Of a stretch of DNA of 64,000 nucleotides, positions 1-10,300 are shown one piece after another. Location: positions 2,528,001 to 2,592,000 of the forward strand of contig CBDBGH010000003.1 of NCBI GenBank assembly GCA_965205265.1. Reading direction: 5' to 3'. Under the pieces are notes generated by a model. It searched no databases. It was not told where the DNA came from and was given only the letters and a program-made list of their open reading frames with translations. Within the stretch, counting starts at the first letter, position 1, and the number at the start of each line of letters is the position of its first letter. The stretch is from Alphaproteobacteria bacterium. Lineage in GTDB: Bacteria; Pseudomonadota; Alphaproteobacteria; Bin95. The translations under genes were made by a program, and so were the position numbers.

Positions 1-55
1 GGAACGACGCGGCCTCGACCGCCTGATCGAGGGCAACTAGCGAGGGGAGGCCCGT

Positions 56-1510
56 TTGCGAGCCGTCCACCCCTTCGACGACGACAAGCTGCATGAGGAA
101 TGCGGGGTGTTCGGCATCGCCGGCCATGCCGATGCGGCCGCGCATACCGCGCTCGGCCTGCATGCCCTCCAGCATCGCGGCCAGCAGTCCGCCGGCATCG
201 TCTCCTCGGACGGCGAGCAATTCTACAGCCTGCGCGGGCCGGGCCAGGTCAGCGAGACCTTCGGCAATGAGGAGGCGATCGAGCGCCTCCAGGGCGCCAT
301 CGCCATCGGCCACAACCGCTATTCGACCACGGGCGCGCCGGTGGCCCGCAACATCCAGCCGCTGTTTGCGGATTTCGCCTTCGGCGGCGTGGCGGTGGCG
401 CATAACGGCAACCTCACCAACGCGCTCTCGATCCGGCGGAGGCTGGCGGGCATGGGCGCGCTGTTCCAGAGCACGACCGACACCGAGGTCATCATCCACC
501 TCATCGCCCGCAGCCGGAAACAGATGCTGGCGGACCGGCTCGTCGAGGCGCTCGGCGAGGTCGAGGGCGCCTATTCGCTCGTCGCCATATCGCGCAGCAA
601 GCTCTTCGGTGTCCGCGATCCCCACGGCGTGCGCCCGCTGGTCCTCGGGCAGCTCGGCAAGGCCTGGATCCTCACTTCCGAGACCTGCGCGCTCGACATC
701 ATCGGGGCCGACTATGTCCGCGATGTCGAGCCGGGCGAGATGGTGGTGGTGGACGGAGGTCGGGTCGAATCGCATTTCCCCTTCGCTCCGACCCGGCCCC
801 GGCCCTGCATCTTCGAGCTCATCTATTTCGCCCGGCCCGACAGCGCCGTGTTCGGCCGCAGCGTCTATGAGGCGCGGATGGAAATCGGGCGCGAACTGGC
901 CCGCGAGGCGCCGGCCCCGGCGGATGTGGTCGTGCCCGTGCCCGATTCCGGCGTGCCTGCCGGCCTCGGCTATGCCCAGCAGGCCGGCCTGCCGTTCAGC
1001 CTCGGCATCATCCGCAACCACTATGTCGGGCGCACCTTCATCGAGCCGACGCAGCAGATCCGCCATCTCGGCGTGCGCCTGAAGCACAATGCCAACAAGG
1101 CCGTTCTGTCCGGCAAGCGCGTCGTGCTGGTGGATGACAGCATCGTGCGCGGCACCACCTCCACCAAGATCGTCGAGATGGTGCGCAATGCCGGCGCGGC
1201 GGAAGTGCATATGCGGATTTCCAGCCCGCCCACGACCCATTCCTGCTTCTACGGCATCGACACGCCGCACCGCGACACGCTGCTCGCCGCCCGCTTCGAC
1301 CTGGAGCGGATGCGGCAAGAGATCGGCGTCGATTCGCTGGCCTTCGTCAGCCTGGACGGCCTCTACCGCGCGCTCGGCGAGGACGGCGGGCGCGGCAGGG
1401 CGCCGGCCTTCTGCGACGCCTGCTTCACCGGCGACTACCCGATCGACCTGCTCGACCGGCGGGACGGATCCGCCGCCGGCCGGATGTCGCTCCTCGACGA
1501 ACTCGCCTGA
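56..1510 (+). CDS. purF: Amidophosphoribosyltransferase
   Basis: EECGVFG propeptide/Ntn cysteine, QHRGQ, GHNRYST, PRPP-binding VDDSIVRGTT, CFYGIDT and CDACF motifs; TTG start. Confidence 0.97.
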   Translation: MRAVHPFDDDKLHEECGVFGIAGHADAAAHTALGLHALQHRGQQSAGIVSSDGEQFYSLRGPGQVSETFGNEEAIERLQGAIAIGHNRYSTTGAPVARNIQPLFADFAFGGVAVAHNGNLTNALSIRRRLAGMGALFQSTTDTEVIIHLIARSRKQMLADRLVEALGEVEGAYSLVAISRSKLFGVRDPHGVRPLVLGQLGKAWILTSETCALDIIGADYVRDVEPGEMVVVDGGRVESHFPFAPTRPRPCIFELIYFARPDSAVFGRSVYEARMEIGRELAREAPAPADVVVPVPDSGVPAGLGYAQQAGLPFSLGIIRNHYVGRTFIEPTQQIRHLGVRLKHNANKAVLSGKRVVLVDDSIVRGTTSTKIVEMVRNAGAAEVHMRISSPPTTHSCFYGIDTPHRDTLLAARFDLERMRQEIGVDSLAFVSLDGLYRALGEDGGRGRAPAFCDACFTGDYPIDLLDRRDGSAAGRMSLLDELA

Positions 1511-1519
1511 GCGCCGCGG

Positions 1520-2224
1520 GTGCCGGAATCGAAGCCGCTCGACGGCCGGGTCGCGCTCGTGACCGGCGCCTCCGGCGGGCTTGGCCGGGCGGTTGCGGTG
1601 CGGCTGGCGGCGGCGGGCGCGCATGCCGTGCTGCTTGCCCGCACGGTCGGCGGGCTGGAGGAGACCGACGACGCGGTGCGGGCCGTAGGCGGACAGGCAA
1701 CCCTTTGTCCACTCGACCTCACCGCCCCCGGAGATCTGGAACGCGCGATTTCCGCCCTCGGCACACGGTTCGGGCGGCTGGACATCCTCGTGTCCTGCGC
1801 CGCCGCACTCGGCACGCTCGGGCCGGCGCACCAGATTGCCGACGAGGCCTGGCGCCGCGTGCTCGACACCAATCTTACCGCCGCCATGCGCCTCATCCGC
1901 GCCGTGGACCCGCTGCTTCGCAGCGCGTCGGCGGGCCGCGCCGTCTTCGCGACCGGCTACCCCGCCGCCCGCGCCTATTGGGGCGCTCACGCCGCCAGCA
2001 AGGCCGCGCTGGAGGCGCTGGTGCTGGCCTGGGCGGCGGAAACGGTGCGCACGGCGCTCCGGGTCAATCTCGTCGATCCGGGCCCGATGCGCACGCGGCT
2101 GCGCGCCGCCGCCTATCCGGGCGAGGACCCGGCCGCCCTGCCCCCGCCCGACGCGGCAGCGGACCTCATCCTCGGCCTCGCCTCGCCGGACTGCACGGCG
2201 CACGGGCAGGTCCTCAGCCCTTAG
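1520..2224 (+). CDS. Short-chain dehydrogenase/reductase (YciK-like)
   Basis: TGASGGLG Rossmann motif, VDPGPMRT; HAASK where SDRs usually have YxxxK; usual position after purF in Alphaproteobacteria. Confidence 0.88.
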   Translation: MPESKPLDGRVALVTGASGGLGRAVAVRLAAAGAHAVLLARTVGGLEETDDAVRAVGGQATLCPLDLTAPGDLERAISALGTRFGRLDILVSCAAALGTLGPAHQIADEAWRRVLDTNLTAAMRLIRAVDPLLRSASAGRAVFATGYPAARAYWGAHAASKAALEALVLAWAAETVRTALRVNLVDPGPMRTRLRAAAYPGEDPAALPPPDAAADLILGLASPDCTAHGQVLSP

Positions 2225-2368
2225 TGCGGTATCCGGCCGATATGAAACGGGCGGCGGCCCTTCGATACGCGCCCGCTGGCGCGGGCGCTACTCAGGGTAA
2301 GGGACAGGAGGGGGCGGCGCGGGCGCCAATCAGGTTGAGGGACAGGAGGAAGGCGGAACTCCGGGACC

Positions 2369-2459
2369 TCCCTCATCCCGAGTAGCGGCGCCAGCCGCGT
2401 ATCGAGGGCCTGTCCTGAGCCTGTCGAAGGGGACGGCCGGACTTCCGTTTCAGCCTGAA
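2369..2459. repeat. About 90 bp REP-like element, copy 1 (copy 2 at 5538-5627)
   Basis: tccctcatcccgagt...cctgtcctgagcctgtcgaaggggacggccggacttccgtt...gcctgaa, near-identical at both positions. Confidence 0.9.
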
Positions 2460-2472
2460 AGAATCCCCGTGT

Positions 2473-2760
2473 TTATCGGCGTCCGGTGGCGTCGTCGCGC
2501 CGGGCAGCCTCCGGCAACCGGTCTTCGGGAGCCGGCGGCTGGCCGCCGTCACGGAACAGGATGCGCCGCGCTTCCTCGACATCCGCCCTGGCGCGGCGTT
2601 CGGCGAAGAACTCGGCAGTGCGCATTGCGGAGAGTTTTTCCGCAACGGCCAGCGCGATGAACTGGTTGATGCTGGTGCCGTCCTTGCGGCTGGCCTCTGC
2701 AACGGCGTTTTTCAAAGACACCGGCAGACGCAACGCGAAATTGGCGGTCCGTGACTTCAT
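2473..2760 (-). CDS. Ribbon-helix-helix (HicB/CopG-like) antitoxin
   Basis: NFALRLPVSL...GTSINQFIALAVAEKLSA matches the RHH antitoxin family normally paired with a PIN toxin. Confidence 0.8.
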   Translation of the reverse strand: MKSRTANFALRLPVSLKNAVAEASRKDGTSINQFIALAVAEKLSAMRTAEFFAERRARADVEEARRILFRDGGQPPAPEDRLPEAARRDDATGRR

Positions 2761-2852
2761 GGCGGCATCTTTCCCAATGCTTCCGCGGGGTTCGGCAGGT
2801 CAATGTCGAACTGCGCCGCGCCGTGCTGGAAGTGAAGCCGGTAGAACGTCAT
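2757..2852 (-). pseudogene. C-terminal remnant of a PIN-family toxin
   Basis: MTFYRLHFQHGAAQFDIDLPNPAEALGKM resembles PIN toxin C-termini (VTFNxRHF...RFGIxVxxPxEAL); ATGA overlap with the antitoxin start. Confidence 0.55.
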
Positions 2853-3871
2853 CAGCGCGCGCGGCCCAGGGCGTATTCGGCCCAGTCCGGCAGCCCGGCG
2901 CGGATATAGAGGCCGGCGGCGTCCCGGTAGAGCCGGCGCGCCCTTGCGGGGTCGGTCGCAAGGCTCGCCCGCGCGAGCGCGACATTGGCGCGGCCGCGCA
3001 CCGAGACCGCCTTGAGGTAGATCGCATGCGCCTCGTCCAGAAGGCGCGCGGCCTCCTCGCGCGCGCCGCTCCCCGCCTTCACCGAGGCGAGGCCGACCAG
3101 CGCATTCGCCTCCCCGATCCTGTTGGCGAGGCCGGCAAACAGCCGCCGGGCGTCGAGATAGCGCCGTTCGGCGCGCACCAAATCCCTGCGGGCGAACGCC
3201 ATGTCGCCGAGCCCGTGCAGCGCATCCGCCTCCCGCCGCGCGTCGCCCAGCATGGCGAAGGCGTCGCGGGCCTGCCCGTAGGCGCGCTCGGCATCCGCCG
3301 CCCGTCCCGCACCCCGGGCGGCAAGCGCCTCGTCGAACGCGGCGTCGGCTTCCGCAGCGGAGACGGCAGGGCGCATATCGGCTGTCGGGCTCTCCCCGGC
3401 AGGCTCCCGCCCGGTCCGGACCTCTTCGGCCGCCGGCGCGGCGGCGCCTTTCGTAATGTTCGCCGCGTTCGGCGCGGCGGCGCCAGCGCCGCCTTTCGTA
3501 ATGTTCGCCGCGTTCGGCGCGGCGGCGCCAGCGCCGCCTTTCGTAATGTTCGCCGCGTTCGGCGCGGCGGCGCCAGCGCCGCCTTTCGTAATGTTCGCCG
3601 CGTTCGGCGCGGCGGCGATGGCCGGGGCGGTATCGGGGCGGCCGGAGAGGCCGCGATGCGCCACCACCTGCATCAGCGCCGCGCCGAGCAGCAGCACCAG
3701 GGCCGCGGTGAAGGACCGCCGGCCCACCCAATGGCTCCAGCCGCGCTCCCGCCTGGCGAGCAGCCCGGCATAGACCAGCAGCAGGTGGATGCAGCCGAGC
3801 GCGAGCAGGCCGAGGCCGCCCGCCACCGCCAGCCATGCGGCGTGCCGGAGCGTTTCAGCGGCTTCGAACAC
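2852..3871 (-). CDS. Membrane-anchored tetratricopeptide-repeat protein with a tandem-repeat linker
   Basis: Two N-terminal hydrophobic helices, repeated AAAPNAANITKG unit, C-terminal TPR-like helices (EADALHGLG, EANALVGLA, RANVALARA). Confidence 0.7.
   Translation of the reverse strand: MFEAAETLRHAAWLAVAGGLGLLALGCIHLLLVYAGLLARRERGWSHWVGRRSFTAALVLLLGAALMQVVAHRGLSGRPDTAPAIAAAPNAANITKGGAGAAAPNAANITKGGAGAAAPNAANITKGGAGAAAPNAANITKGAAAPAAEEVRTGREPAGESPTADMRPAVSAAEADAAFDEALAARGAGRAADAERAYGQARDAFAMLGDARREADALHGLGDMAFARRDLVRAERRYLDARRLFAGLANRIGEANALVGLASVKAGSGAREEAARLLDEAHAIYLKAVSVRGRANVALARASLATDPARARRLYRDAAGLYIRAGLPDWAEYALGRAR
3446..3617. repeat. 45 bp tandem repeat, about 3.8 copies
   Basis: gcctttcgtaatgttcgccgcgttcggcgcggcggcg starts at 3446, 3491, 3536 and 3581. 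Confidence 0.97.
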
Positions 3872-4064
3872 CGCGCTCTGCGCTTTCTGTTCTTGTCATG
3901 GGGCAGAGGGGCCTGTTTCCGCACAGGGGGCTGCGATTATGCCGTTCCGGCCCGGCCCGCCGCAACCGCACTGTCATGCAGGGCGCCCGGAACCGCCTGT
4001 CCCGCCCTTGCGCTCCGGCCCGCCCCGGACGAACATCGGCGCCGGAAAGAGGGAGGGCAAGGCC

Positions 4065-5060
4065 ATGCCGCGCATCGGAGTCGCATTCTCGGGCGGGTTG
4101 ACCGCAACGGAAATCGCCGACTGCGCCGAGCGGGCGGAGGCGCTGGGATACGAGTCGGTCTGGGTTGCGGAGGGGCATGGCGGCGACCAGTTCGCCATCC
4201 TCGCGGCCTGCGCGCTGCGCACGAAGCGCGTGCGCCTCGGCACCGCCATCACCAGCGTGTTCGTGCGCACCGCGCCGACGATCGCGATGGCCGCCGCGGC
4301 CGTGGACGAGCTTTCCGGCGGCCGGTTCGTGCTGGGGCTCGGGTCGAGCCACAGGGTCCAGGTCGAGCCCGAGCACGGGGTGGCGTATTCGAGGCCCCTC
4401 GGCCGCGTGCGGGACACGGCCGCGGTGGTGCGCGGACTGCTCCGCGACGGCGAGGTTGCCCATGAGGGCGAGACGATCCGGATCGAGCGCTTCGACCTCT
4501 GGTTCCGGCCGTTCCGGAACGACGTCCCGATCTACCTCTCCGCGCTTTTCCCGAAGATGCTGGAGCTTTGCGGCGAGGCGGCGGACGGGCTGATCCTGAC
4601 CCGGAGCACACTGGAGACGGCGGAGCGGGCGCGCGCCCATGTGGCCGCCGGGGCCGCCCGCGCCGGGCGCGACCCCGCAGAGGTCGAGATGACCTCGCTG
4701 CTGCCGACGAGCGTGGCGGCCGACCGGCGCGAAGCCTTCGCCGCCGCCCGCCCCGGCCTTGCCTTCTATGCGGGCTTCTTCCCCCGCTACAACCGCCTGA
4801 TTGCCGAAAGCGGCTTTGCCGAGGAAGCAGACGCCATCGCCGCGGCCTGGGCCGCGGGCGACCGGGCGGCAGCGGAGCGCGCCGTCACCGACGCGATGAT
4901 TTCCGCGACCGGCGTCGCCGGCGAGCCGGGCGAGTGCCGGGAGCGGCTGGACGCCTACCGGGCCTCGGGCCTCGACCTGCCGATCATCAGCCCCTTCGCG
5001 CGGGGGCCCGGCGCGAAGGAGAAGTTCCTCGCCGCCATCGAGGCCTGCGCGCCCCGGTAG
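4065..5060 (+). CDS. LLM-class flavin-dependent oxidoreductase
   Basis: AEALGYESVWVAE, RVRLGTAI, GGRFVLGLG motifs; GGAGG RBS before ATG 4065. Confidence 0.92.
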   Translation: MPRIGVAFSGGLTATEIADCAERAEALGYESVWVAEGHGGDQFAILAACALRTKRVRLGTAITSVFVRTAPTIAMAAAAVDELSGGRFVLGLGSSHRVQVEPEHGVAYSRPLGRVRDTAAVVRGLLRDGEVAHEGETIRIERFDLWFRPFRNDVPIYLSALFPKMLELCGEAADGLILTRSTLETAERARAHVAAGAARAGRDPAEVEMTSLLPTSVAADRREAFAAARPGLAFYAGFFPRYNRLIAESGFAEEADAIAAAWAAGDRAAAERAVTDAMISATGVAGEPGECRERLDAYRASGLDLPIISPFARGPGAKEKFLAAIEACAPR

Positions 5061-5098
5061 CGCGGCTGCCGGCCCGGACCCGATCCCGACGCAATACC

Positions 5099-5490
5099 TT
5101 GCTGTCCGGTTCAGCTATTGGGCGGGGCCGAACGGGAGTCCGCCGGGGGTTTCGGGGGCGCCCGGCGTCTGCGATCCGCCCCTTGCCCGTGAGGCCCGAA
5201 CGCCCCCCTTCGACAGGCTCAGGGCAGGCTCTTCCGTCATGCCCGGAACAAGTCCATGGCTGTCCGGTTCAGCCATTGGGGGGAGCCGAACGGGGTGTCG
5301 GGAGCGCACTGCGTCTGCGATCCGCCCCTTGCCCGTGAGGCCCCAACGCCCTCCTTCGACAAGCTCAAGACAGGCTTCTCCGTCATACCCGGACTTGTTC
5401 CGGGTATCCATACGGCCGCCCCGGGAGAAGCGGTGGAGGGAGATGCCCGGAACAAGTCCGGGCATGACGATATGGGGGCGGGTATGACGG
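5099..5490. repeat. Composite REP-like mosaic (two ~158 bp units plus a gtcatacccggacttgttccggg palindrome)
   Basis: gctgtccggttcagc...gcgtctgcgatccgccccttgcccgtgaggccc...ccttcgaca(g/a)gctca repeated twice; related, mostly inverted copy at 12410-12680. Confidence 0.85.
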
Positions 5491-5537
5491 GAATAGGGTG
5501 GGCATGACGATATTGGAGGACAGGGCTCCTGGAAAAG

Positions 5538-5627
5538 TCCCTCATCCCGAGTCGCGGCGCAGCCGCGTATCGAGGGCCTGTCCTGAGCCTGTCGAAGGGG
5601 ACGGCCGGACTTCCGTTCCGGCCTGAA
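5538..5627. repeat. About 90 bp REP-like element, copy 2
   Basis: Near-identical to 2369-2459. Confidence 0.9.
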
Positions 5628-5636
5628 GGGGGCGCC

Positions 5637-6062
5637 CTACCGCCCTTCGGCCCAGGGGTCGATGAGCGCCGCGCCCGTCGGCTCGAAATCGGCGCGGTTG
5701 CCGGTGACGACCGTCATCCCGTGCACGATGGCCGTGGCGGCGATCAGCGCATCGCGTTCGGCGCGCGGGTCGGGCACATGCAGCCGCGCGCATTGCAGCG
5801 CGACGGCGGCATCGACCGGCAGGGTGCGCCCCTCGAATTCGGGAAGCACATGGCGGTCCATCCAGCGCCGCAGCAATGTCCCCTGGCCGGCGTCGCGCCG
5901 CTCGACCCGCAATATGCCGATCTCCAGTTCCATGAGCGTCAGGGCCGAGATGTAGAAGCGCGCCGCATCCTGCGCGGCAATCCACGCCGTGACGCGCGCA
6001 TCGGCCCTGCCGTCGCCGAGCTTGCGCAGTTCGGAGACGACATTCGTGTCCAGCAGGAACAT
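5637..6062 (-). CDS. vapC: PIN-domain toxin VapC
   Basis: MFLLDTNVVSE, DALIAATA, VVTGNRADF PIN motifs. Confidence 0.95.
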   Translation of the reverse strand: MFLLDTNVVSELRKLGDGRADARVTAWIAAQDAARFYISALTLMELEIGILRVERRDAGQGTLLRRWMDRHVLPEFEGRTLPVDAAVALQCARLHVPDPRAERDALIAATAIVHGMTVVTGNRADFEPTGAALIDPWAEGR

Positions 6063-6316
6063 CAGGAAAGGTCGGCCGCCCGGCGTTCGATGTCCGCGCG
6101 CGGCGGGTCGAACCCGATATCGGCCAGCCCCGGCATGGAGAGCGCGTCCAGCAGGCTGCGGGGCCTGCCGGCCAGACGCCGGTAGTCCTCGATGGAGAGC
6201 AGCACATGCGCGGGCCGGCCCCGGTCGGTGATGAAAACGGGCCCCGCCTGCGCGGCCCTCTTCGCGCGGGCGACGTCGCGGTTGAATTCGCGGCTGGTGA
6301 CGGTCGCGATGGCCAT
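6062..6316 (-). CDS. Phd/YefM-family antitoxin
   Basis: SREFNRD..RAKRAA..GPVFITDRGRPAHVLL; TGATG coupling to vapC. Confidence 0.92.
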   Translation of the reverse strand: MAIATVTSREFNRDVARAKRAAQAGPVFITDRGRPAHVLLSIEDYRRLAGRPRSLLDALSMPGLADIGFDPPRADIERRAADLS

Positions 6317-6332
6317 GGCGGGCTCTCCGGTC

Positions 6333-6354
6333 GATGTAGCAACATAACTACATC
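6333..6354. promoter_or_regulatory. Probable autoregulatory operator of the TA operon
   Basis: Perfect inverted repeat GATGTAG-N8-CTACATC just upstream of the antitoxin start. Confidence 0.6.
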
Positions 6355-6431
6355 TATGGGGCCCGCGCAAGCCGGCCATGCTCCCGCGCGGGCCCATGAC
6401 ATTGCCGGGAGGTGCGCGCTACCCTGCCGCC

Positions 6432-7358
6432 ATGGCAAACGAAAAGATCGTCCTTTACGAGAACCTGCGCGCGTGCAGCTACACGCCGTTCTACCTGGCC
6501 GAGCTGGCGGGGCTGTTCGCGGCCGAGGGGCTGGCGGTGAAGCGGCGGCTCTCGCCCGCGCCGCCGGAGACGGCCGAGGGCCTGATCGAGGGGCGCGCGG
6601 ACGTGTCCTTCGGCGGGCCGATGCGGGTGATGATGCACCATGACGCCGCCCGCGAGCGGGGCGGGGCGAGCCCGCTGGTCTGTTTCGCGCAGGTGGTGGC
6701 CCGCGACCCGTTCGTGCTGGTCGGGCGCGAGCCCAATCCCCGCTTCCGCCTGGAGGACCTGGTCGGCCCGCGCCTCGGCGTCGCGACCGACGTGCCGACG
6801 CCCTGGATGCTGCTCTATGACGACCTCGACCGCGCCGGCATCGACCCGGCCGCGCTCACCCGCGCCCCGGACGCCCCGATGGCGGAGAATGCCGGGGCGC
6901 TGAGGTGCGGCGAGATCGACGTCGTGCAGCTGTTCGAGCCCTATGCCGAGCGGCTCGTCTCCGGCGGGCACGGGCACATCTGGCACCGCTTCTCGGCGCG
7001 CGGCGACATCGCCTTCACCAGCTTCTACACGACCCGGCGTTTCGCCGCCGAACGCCGCAGCGCCTGCCTGGCGCTCACCCGCGCCATGCAGGCGGCGTTG
7101 ACGCGTATCCACGAGCGGGAGCCCGCCGAGACCGCAGCCCTGGTGGGCCCGGCCTTCTTTCCCGACCTGCCGCCGGCGGCCTTCGCGCGCATCGTGGCCG
7201 GCTACCGCGACGCCCGCGTCTGGCCGCGCGGCACGGCGCTGCCGGCCGCCGCCTATGCCCGCCTCAAGGCCGCCCTGCTGGCGGGCGGGCTGATCGCCCA
7301 TGACGTGCCTTACGAGGACGCGGTCGATGCCGCGCTCTCGGACCCGGAAGCGGCGTGA
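6432..7358 (+). CDS. ABC-type substrate-binding protein (SsuA/THI5/TauA-like)
   Basis: YTPFYLA..GLFAAEGL, ADVSFGGP, DPFVLVGR, VQLFEP pattern; no permease nearby. Confidence 0.8.
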   Translation: MANEKIVLYENLRACSYTPFYLAELAGLFAAEGLAVKRRLSPAPPETAEGLIEGRADVSFGGPMRVMMHHDAARERGGASPLVCFAQVVARDPFVLVGREPNPRFRLEDLVGPRLGVATDVPTPWMLLYDDLDRAGIDPAALTRAPDAPMAENAGALRCGEIDVVQLFEPYAERLVSGGHGHIWHRFSARGDIAFTSFYTTRRFAAERRSACLALTRAMQAALTRIHEREPAETAALVGPAFFPDLPPAAFARIVAGYRDARVWPRGTALPAAAYARLKAALLAGGLIAHDVPYEDAVDAALSDPEAA

Positions 7359-7361
7359 CGG

Positions 7362-10300
7362 TCAGTCGGACTGGCGCAGCGTCCTGATTTCGCCCATCGC
7401 CACGGAGAGCATGGTGAAGTCCGTCCGGCCGGCGCTCATCAGGTCGGCGACGATCTGGCGGCAGCGGGCCGCGGGGATGCGGTTGCGCCGGAGCCAGACA
7501 TCCACGCGCCCGGCCGGGTCCGCCCCGCCGCCGTCGAGCCTGAGCGTGTCCAGGGTCAGCGCGCTCAGCTGCGCGTAGAGGTCGTCGCGCAGCGCCGCGC
7601 GGGAAAGCGCCTGCCAGCGATTGTCCCTCGGCAGCGCCGCGATCCGGTCCCGCAGCCAGTGGAGGTCGAGCGTCTCGGCGAGCTCGAAATAGACCGAAGC
7701 CGCCGTCTCCACCGGGATCGCCGCGCCCGCGGCGACCTCCACCACCGCCAGCGCCGAGAGCAGGTCCTCGCAGTTCGCCACCTCCTGCGCGAGGTCTTCG
7801 GGGACCCCCTGCCCGGCAAGGCGGCTCCCGGTCTCGTCCATGGCGGCCCGGCTCGAAGCGGCGACGACCTCGCCGAGGCTCCCGCGCAGCGCCGCCACGC
7901 CGGCCGCGAAATGCTCTATGTCGCGGCCGATATCGAGCGGCCGCGGCCGGTTCCGGAGCAGCCAGCGCGCGGCCCGCTCCACCAGCTTGCGCGTTTCCTG
8001 GAGCATGGAAATCTGGACATCCGCGTCCACCCGGCCGTCCAGCGCCTCGATCACCGCCCAGGTCCCGCGCATGCCGTAAACGTCGCGCGCGACCAGGTAG
8101 GCCCGCGCGATATCGGCCTCGTCCGCCCCGGTTTCCTCGCCGAGCCGGAACGCGAAGGTGATCCCGCAGCGGTTCGCCATCTCGTTCGCGACCTGCGTGC
8201 TGACGATCTCGCGCGCGAGGCGGTGGGAGGGCATGAGCGGGCCGAAGCGCTCGCCGAGCGCGGCCGGGAAATAGGCCCGGAGCTCGTTCGCCGCAAAGGG
8301 CTCGGCCGGCAGGTCCGAGGCCAGAAGGCGCTGGAACAGGCCGATCTTCACATAGGCGATCAGCACGGCGAGCTCCGGAGTGAACAGCCGCCCCTTCGCC
8401 TCGAGGCGCTCGGCCAGCTCCTCGGCCCCGGGCAGGAACTCGATCTCGCGGTCGAGCGCGCCGTCCCGCTCCAGCCGGCGGATGAGCCGGGCGTGGACCT
8501 CCAGCATGGAGGGCGCGTGGGCCGCCGCCACGCTGAGCGCCTGGGTCTGGAGGTAGTTGCTGCGCAGCACCAGCGCGCCCACCTCATCGGTCATCTCCTC
8601 CAGCAGGCGGTTGCGCTGCTTGCCGGTCATGTCGCCGGCGGCCACCGCCTCGTTCAGCAGCACCTTGATGTTGACCTCGTGGTCGGAGCAGTCCACCCCG
8701 CCGGAATTGTCGATGGCGTCGGTGTTTATCCGCCCGCCCTTGGCCGCATATTCGATGCGCCCGAGCTGGGTGAAGCCGAGATTGCCGCCCTCGCCGACGA
8801 CCCGGCAGCGCAGGTCCCCGCCATCGATGCGCACGGCGTCGTTTGCCCGGTCGCCGACATCGGCGTGGCTTTCGCGCCGCGACTTGACATAGGTGCCGAT
8901 GCCGCCGTTCCAGAGCAGATCGACCGGCGCCTTGAGGATGAGCGCGATGAGCTCGGTCGGGGTCGGGGCCTCGGCGTCGGTGCCGAGCGCCGCCCGCGCC
9001 TCCGGGCTGAGCGGGACGGACTTGGCGCTTCTCGGATAGATGCCGGCGCCGGCGGACAGGACCGAGCGGTCGAAATCGTCCCAAGTGGAGCGGGGCAGGG
9101 CGAACAGCCTCCGGCGCTCCGCGAAGGCGGCTTCGGCGTCCGGGTCCGGGTCGATGAAGATATGCATGTGGTTGAAGGCGGCCACGAGCCGGATATGCGG
9201 GGAGAGCAGCATCGCGTTGCCGAACACGTCGCCGCCCATGTCGCCGATGCCGACCGCGGTGAAATCCGCCGCCTGGCAGTCCATGCCGAGCTCCCGGAAA
9301 TGGCGCTTGACCGACTCCCACCCGCCGCGCGCGGTGATGCCCATGCCCTTGTGGTCGTAGCCCTGCGAGCCGCCCGACGCGAAGGCGTCGCCGAGCCAGA
9401 AGCCGTATTCCCCGGCCACGCCGTTGGCGATGTCGGAGAAGGTCGCCGTGCCCTTGTCGGCCGCCACCACCAGATAGGGGTCGTCGCCGTCATGGCGCAC
9501 GACATGCGCCGGCGGGACCACCCGGCCGCCGGCGAGGTTGTCGGTAATGTCCAGCATGCCGCGCACGAAGGTCCGGTAGCAGGCGATGCCTTCCTCCTGG
9601 ACGGCCTCGCGGCCTGCCCAGACCGGCAGCTTCTTGGGAAAGAAGCCCCCCTTGGAGCCGACCGGGACGATCACCGCATTCTTCACCATCTGCGCCTTGG
9701 CGAGCCCCAGCACCTCGGTGCGGAAATCCTCGCGCCGGTCCGACCAGCGTATGCCGCCGCGCGCCACCGCGCCGCCGCGCAGATGCACGGCCTCGACGCG
9801 CGGCGAATAGACGAAGATCTCGTATTGCGGCCGCGGCTCGGGCAGTTCCGGAATCCGCTGCGGGTCGAGCTTGAAGGAGAGGTAGGGCTTCGGCGCGCCG
9901 TCGGGGCCGGGCTGGAAGTAGTTGGTGCGCAGCGTGGCGCCGATCACGCCCAGATAGCTGCGCAGGATGCGGTCCTCGTCGAGGTTCGCCACCTGTTCCA
10001 GCGCGGCCTCGATCCGGGCCTGGACCTCGAGCGCGGCGTCGAGCCGGGCGACCGCCCCGTTCTTCCCCTCCTGGGAGCCCTCCTGCCGGGCGGGGTCGAG
10101 GCGGACCCCGAACAGCTCGACCAGCATGGCCGCGATCGCGGGGTTGGCGGCGAGCGCATCCTGGATATAGGCCTCGCTGAAGGCGGTCCCGGCCTGGCGC
10201 AGATATTTGCAATAGGCGCGCAGGATGACGATCTCGCGCCAGCCGATCCCGGCCCGCAGCACCAGCCGGTTGAAGCCGTCATTCTCGACCCCGCCGGCCC

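Noticed and set aside
3446-3617. Possible CRISPR array
   Set aside because: Units are contiguous and identical with no unique spacers, lie in frame in a CDS, and no cas genes are present
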